Shown: piece after piece, positions 58,422-64,000 of the stretch
How positions within the stretch are numbered: position 1 is the stretch's first letter
How the letters are laid out: every line of letters begins with the position of its first letter
NCBI GenBank assembly: GCA_964016885.1
Contig: OZ024746.1
Location: 79,608,001 to 79,672,000, forward strand
Origin: Eledone cirrhosa
Lineage: Eukaryota
DNA length: 64,000 nucleotides
Direction of reading: 5' to 3'
The notes under the pieces: model-generated
The model's input: the letters and a program-made list of their open reading frames with translations, nothing else
What the model was told of the DNA's origin: nothing
Database searches by the model: none
Made by a program: the position numbers and the translations under genes

Positions 58422-58640
58422 AGTAAAAGGCCGATAATATTTTTTTAAGCAGGTACGGAAGAAACGAAGGCCAAATAATGACAAACAAAACGAAACAAAG
58501 TAATATTTTACCCAGTGAAAAAGGTTGCTGCCCTTGAAATATCATGCTAAAACACACTGGGTAAAACATTACTTTGTTTTGCCTTTCGTATTTTTCCACT
58601 GCATTGTACCAGTTTTAAAAAATATTATCGGTCTTTTACT
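58422..58640. mobile_element. MITE-like foldback element
   Basis: Outer inverted repeat AGTAAAAGGCCGATAATATTTTT / AAAAATATTATCGGTCTTTTACT and inner inverted repeat CAAAGTAATATTTTACCCAGTG / CACTGGGTAAAACATTACTTTG. Confidence 0.65.
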
Positions 58641-58884
58641 ACATATCTCACAGTGCTTTGTATTAACTACTCTATTATATTCTTATATATTCTTATATTC
58701 CGAGTAAGTATAATCTTATATATATATATTCCTATTTTTAGTCGACATCAGTGATTTAGATATTGTTTTCTGGATCCTGTCATAATTTCCTTTGTCTTCC
58801 TATCTATCTTGTTCACTTCACTTAATCTCCAATTGATTGAAAATATACTCATTTAGTGACAGAGTTGGTATCTCTCTCTCTCTG

Positions 58885-58916
<32 letters not shown>

Positions 58917-58939
58917 CATACATATATTTATATTTATAT

Positions 58940-58995
<56 letters not shown>

Positions 58996-59147
58996 TGATT
59001 TGTTCTACACCAGTGCTCATTGTTGGCCGTATAGTCTATGATATGTAACACGCTATATATATATTGGGCCACATAAAGTCATTAAGTAATTTTGATACTC
59101 TAAGCAGTTAAAAAATTGATGCCTCCCATATATAAAACCTACAAATG

Positions 59148-59331
59148 GACTGGCAGTATCGGTAGACGGTCGGACGCCATACTTTGCAGCACAGAGTTAC
59201 GTCCCTTTACGGTCTGATTTCAAATCCCATTGAGGTTAACTTTGTCTTTCATCCTTACGTGGTCGATAAAATAAAGCACCAGTAACGCACTCAGATAATT
59301 GCTGGCCTTGTGCCAAAAGTAGAAACAATTA
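59148..59331 (+). mobile_element. SINE family 1
   Basis: Consensus match; a diverged minus-strand relative follows at 59460-59632. Confidence 0.88.
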
Positions 59332-59779
59332 TTTTCTTTTCAGGGTTGGGGAGACAATTTGTATAACAAGGTGCCCCCTTTTTCCTTGTTTCTCTAAACA
59401 TTTGTTTATTTTGCTTAATATTTAATCTAGACCTGAGTACAGCAGGAAAATGAGAAAGAGATATAGAGGAAGAATCAACCCCAGTACTAGACTGGTATAT
59501 TTTTTTATCAACCTCGAAATGATGAAAAGCAAAGTTGACCTCGGCAGGATTTGAACTCCGAGAGCAGAGAGTCGGAACGAATACCATAAAGCATTCTATC
59601 CGATGTTCTAACTACTCTGACAATTCGCCGCCTTCGCAGTAACAGTAATGTAACCTAAAAGAAACTAAAATTGGAATGAAAATATTTATGGAGGAATTCT
59701 TGCCACGAAGTAAGAAATATATATTAACTGTCTTTTTATATATTTTTCTATTTTATTATCATTGTTGTTGTTGTTGTTT

Positions 59780-59817
<38 letters not shown>

Positions 59818-60977
59818 ATTATTAGTATTATTATATGTTCTCGTTGTTTTCCTTTATACCCTTCTAGAAGTTGCTGGATCACTGAAAATTGACGATAGGC
59901 TTCAGTAACAAGAGTTAATAGTAGCCTCAGTAGTCTTAAATTGCTTCGTTTAACAGTTTTCTTCTTCTTTTGTTATTTTTCTTTACAGTGATAATACACT
60001 TGACCTGGCTGAACAAGACTATAAAATGTCTACCATTGTTGCGCATCCGAGTCGAAATTTCAGAAAACAATGAATATAAAATATAGCATAAAACCAACTA
60101 AATGATAAATATAAAATATATTTAAAATAAAAAAAAAACTCCAAAGCCGGTTTCGTCTGGCTCCATTTTCCATCAAATTTAGTATTTGTTTTTCAATATA
60201 TTATTTTCTATATCTCTCTAATTTTATTTTCTTGCTTATGTATCTATTTTTATATTCATTTTATATTCATTTTTTTTCCAGAACGTCTTCTACAAGTCTA
60301 CGCCTATAATTTTAGGGACCAAAATTTAACTGATATGTTTTATGCCAGTCATCGATTTACAATGTTTATCGAAAGTCTGATTAAATAAAACTTAAACTAA
60401 AGCGATAACGATAAATATAGACAACAAAAACTCTGAGCAATTTAAACATCATATTTTTGTTTGTTCTTTTGGAATTTTTAAGGGGAAAAAAACAAGCAAA
60501 AATAAAACAAATCTTTCATAAACTCTTTTCATAAGACAACTTTTAAGTTACATTTTTTTGTTTAAAGAAAGATTAAAGAAAATATAATCATTCAACCTCA
60601 ATTATTGAATTAATCTAAAAGACTGGTGTATTTTCAAATATTGTTTCTACAGTCGACTGAATAGGAGCTTATTCCTTTGAAATTGCTATCTTATTATTAT
60701 AAGATAACGATTTTACATCATTTTGAAGATTTCTCAACTATTATCTATTTTATTTTTCCTTCTTCATAAGACAAGAAAAAAAATCATAGTTCATCTACAG
60801 TGTTTTTTATTATCAAATTGCACCACAGTCCGATAATATCAATAAAGTGACATTGGTAGTAAACTATGGTCATTGAGTTACTGCTTACATACTGAAAATT
60901 GTATAAGCCCTCACACATACAACACACAAACACACACACACACACAAATATAAATATATATATATATATATTTATAT

Positions 60978-61206
60978 AGAAGTGGTTACACAACAGTTAG
61001 TTCACCATACCGAGAACAATTGTTTCACGTTCGCGGATCTTCCCCTCGGGATGTATATGGTTATAGGAACAGGAATGACAACCGTACGAACGCGCATGCG
61101 CAGAAACTCGGTCACTTCACACAGGCAATAGTAGACTGCGTGCGGGGGTGTAAGGGAAATAACTGCGAAAGTCCGGAAAGTTTTTTGGTTGAAAATAAAA
61201 TAAAAA
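60978..61206 (-). mobile_element. Solo PLE pLTR (same family as 20713-20940) in (TA)n
   Basis: Colinear with 20713-20938; the CTGAGGA core is mutated. Confidence 0.85.
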
Positions 61207-61221
61207 CATATATATATACAT

Positions 61222-61814
<593 letters not shown>

Positions 61815-61971
61815 TATATTTAATTTGTTGGGATACAACAAGCACAATATTTTTATAACTGATATAAAGCACTCAACAAAACACTCATGAAAGCGCACCA
61901 TAGTTTGGCATGGTGGCCCTTGAAATATGTATAATGAAATAAATATGGTTTTATAAATATAGTTTTCATTT

Positions 61972-62013
<42 letters not shown>

Positions 62014-62018
<5 letters not shown>

Positions 62019-62431
62019 AAATTGAGGTTGGTAATGGCACATGGAATATATAAGAGACAGAATACTTTTTTGTGAAAAAACATAATTTTATAAGGTAAGG
62101 AAATAATAAAGGGTATAAAAAATGACCGGTTTCGATGGGTCTGCAAAAGCCATCTTTTCAAATGAAATCCCACAATGAATTTTATACTTGAATTTTCAAG
62201 TCTCAAATTTTAACTCTTCGTATTATTAATTTTTCTTAATATTAATCAACATTTGAAAAGATGGCTTTTGCAGACCCATCGAAACCGGTCATTTTTTATA
62301 CCCTTTATTATTTCCTTACCTTATAAAATTATGTTTTTTCACAAAAAAGTATTCTGTCTCTTATATATTCCATGTGCCATTACCAACCTCAATTTTCTCT
62401 ATAACCTTCGTTTTGTGTAGAAAATTACACT

Positions 62432-62435
<4 letters not shown>
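62014..62435. mobile_element. Foldback element with ~150-bp inverted arms carrying a U3:A8 hammerhead-like motif
   Basis: 62014-62164 is the reverse complement of 62250-62400. Arm contains TTGAAAA-gatgg..ccatc-GAAA-ccgg-TC. Flanked by (TA)n/(GA)n. Confidence 0.75.
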
Positions 62436-62481
<46 letters not shown>

Positions 62482-62620
62482 CGGATCTAGCTGTTGAAAC
62501 GGCAGGAGCTCCGAATCCTTCATATTACCCAGTCTACTACCACAAGCATCGAGTACTCTGGTGTGTAATGATCTAACTGGTTTTTACTGCATTCATTCTG
62601 ATTTATGTATATATATCTAG

Positions 62621-62825
<205 letters not shown>

Positions 62826-63190
62826 TGCATACATATATCAAAGCTTTATCTCAAGAAAAAAAAAAATCAATTTGTTTAATGGAGGCACACACATAATCGA
62901 TATAAATCTACCCATGTTTTGTAAAACAATCGAAACAAATGAAAGTTATCTAAGCCGGAAGAATGAAAGAAAAAAAGGCGACTTCAACGAGATGTGAAAT
63001 TAAAACATTAAGTTATTGATATAAATTGATACAGAAAATCTCTCTCTGGCTATTGGTCTATTGTCTGAGTCATCATATTGGAGTTGGTTATATCAAGACA
63101 TATATAACTATATATGACTTGATAACATGTTTACAAGAGGAATTATGTAATACATTATCGAGTGCAATATATATCTCTGTATCGTATATG

Positions 63191-63239
<49 letters not shown>

Positions 63240-63263
63240 ATGGATATATATATAAGATATATA

Positions 63264-63374
<111 letters not shown>

Positions 63375-63417
63375 GTTAAATAAAAAGTCAAATGTTTAAA
63401 ATTTAGCTTCGTTTATT

Positions 63418-63472
63418 ACTGCTATATATATTTCAGTGACAGCCATCTTTGGCTGTGACCTCTTCAGGCAGT
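63418..63472 (-). ncRNA. Type I hammerhead ribozyme, intact core
   Basis: actgc-CTGAAGA-ggtcacagcca(aaga)tggctgtcact-GAAA-tatata-TA/gcagt. 5-bp stem I, ~10-bp stem II, palindromic stem III ATATATAT, AUA triplet. Predicted cut between 63423 and 63422. Confidence 0.85.
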
Positions 63473-63674
63473 CCGAATTAGTGTGGTATAGACAAGTACA
63501 TATGTTGTTGAGGTGTATAATTTTGTCAATACTCTGATATGCCCAGTTCCTGGTTAGGTTGTTATTTCACTGAGATATACATACACACATACACACATAC
63601 ACACACACACATATATATATATATATGTATATATATAGGTAACATGAATATAACAACTTCCACATTTATTACAT

Positions 63675-63795
63675 AATTGACACATGTTTCGCCAATTAAG
63701 AGGTAAACAAAATCTGCTAGTCCAATGGGATCTATCGGAAAATTCAATTTACAATATTCTGCGACAGCACCGTTGTAAATCAGCTTTTCAGAATT
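63675..63795 (-). ncRNA. Hammerhead-like motif with branched stem II (G8 to A)
   Basis: aatt-CTGAAAA-gctgatt[...atttacaa/ttgtaaat...]aattggc-GAAA-catgtg-TC/aatt. Confidence 0.55.
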
Positions 63796-63850
63796 TAACA
63801 AAGTTTACATTTATGCCTGTATATATACTGTCTCACTCTCTCTTTCTTTC

Positions 63851-63930
<80 letters not shown>

Positions 63931-63932
<2 letters not shown>

Positions 63933-64000
63933 ACGAAGGAAATGTGGTAAGGAACCAGGTGGACCATAACGCACCAAAGTACTCAATACTTGAGGTAGTA
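63931..64000 (-). mobile_element. Family H element 3' end (runs off the window)
   Basis: Near-identical to 27261-27330; abuts (TA)n. Confidence 0.85.

Noticed and set aside
61884-61933. CTCATGA-stem-GAAATATGTA hammerhead-like string
   Set aside because: The essential G5 is lost and there is no stem I; a relic at best.

Overview
This is a very AT-rich, microsatellite-saturated animal intergenic or intronic window. The SINE families and repeat landscape suggest a coleoid cephalopod such as Octopus (inference). I see no convincing host gene, and most ORFs in the track are translated (TA)n/(CA)n/(GA)n/(ATGT)n/trinucleotide repeats. Recognisable content: about 20 copies or fragments of a tRNA-derived SINE; five R4/Dong-like RLE-endonuclease LINE fragments sitting in (TAA)n; CRE-like LINE relics; a decayed hAT transposase; a hAT MITE with a perfect 8-bp TSD; and a Penelope-like element (PLE) 3' end encoding a GIY-YIG endonuclease. 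The most interesting signal is that many short unique islands embedded in (TA)n tracts, from several unrelated families, carry type I hammerhead ribozyme (HHR) folds. Two have fully intact cores (63418-63472 and 19006-19132). Several have long branched stem II inserts, palindromic stem III, or a U3:A8 core variant. They occur in PLE pseudo-LTR or retrozyme-like architectures (about 1.25-unit tandem repeats, inverted foldbacks). All folds were read by eye and none were computed.
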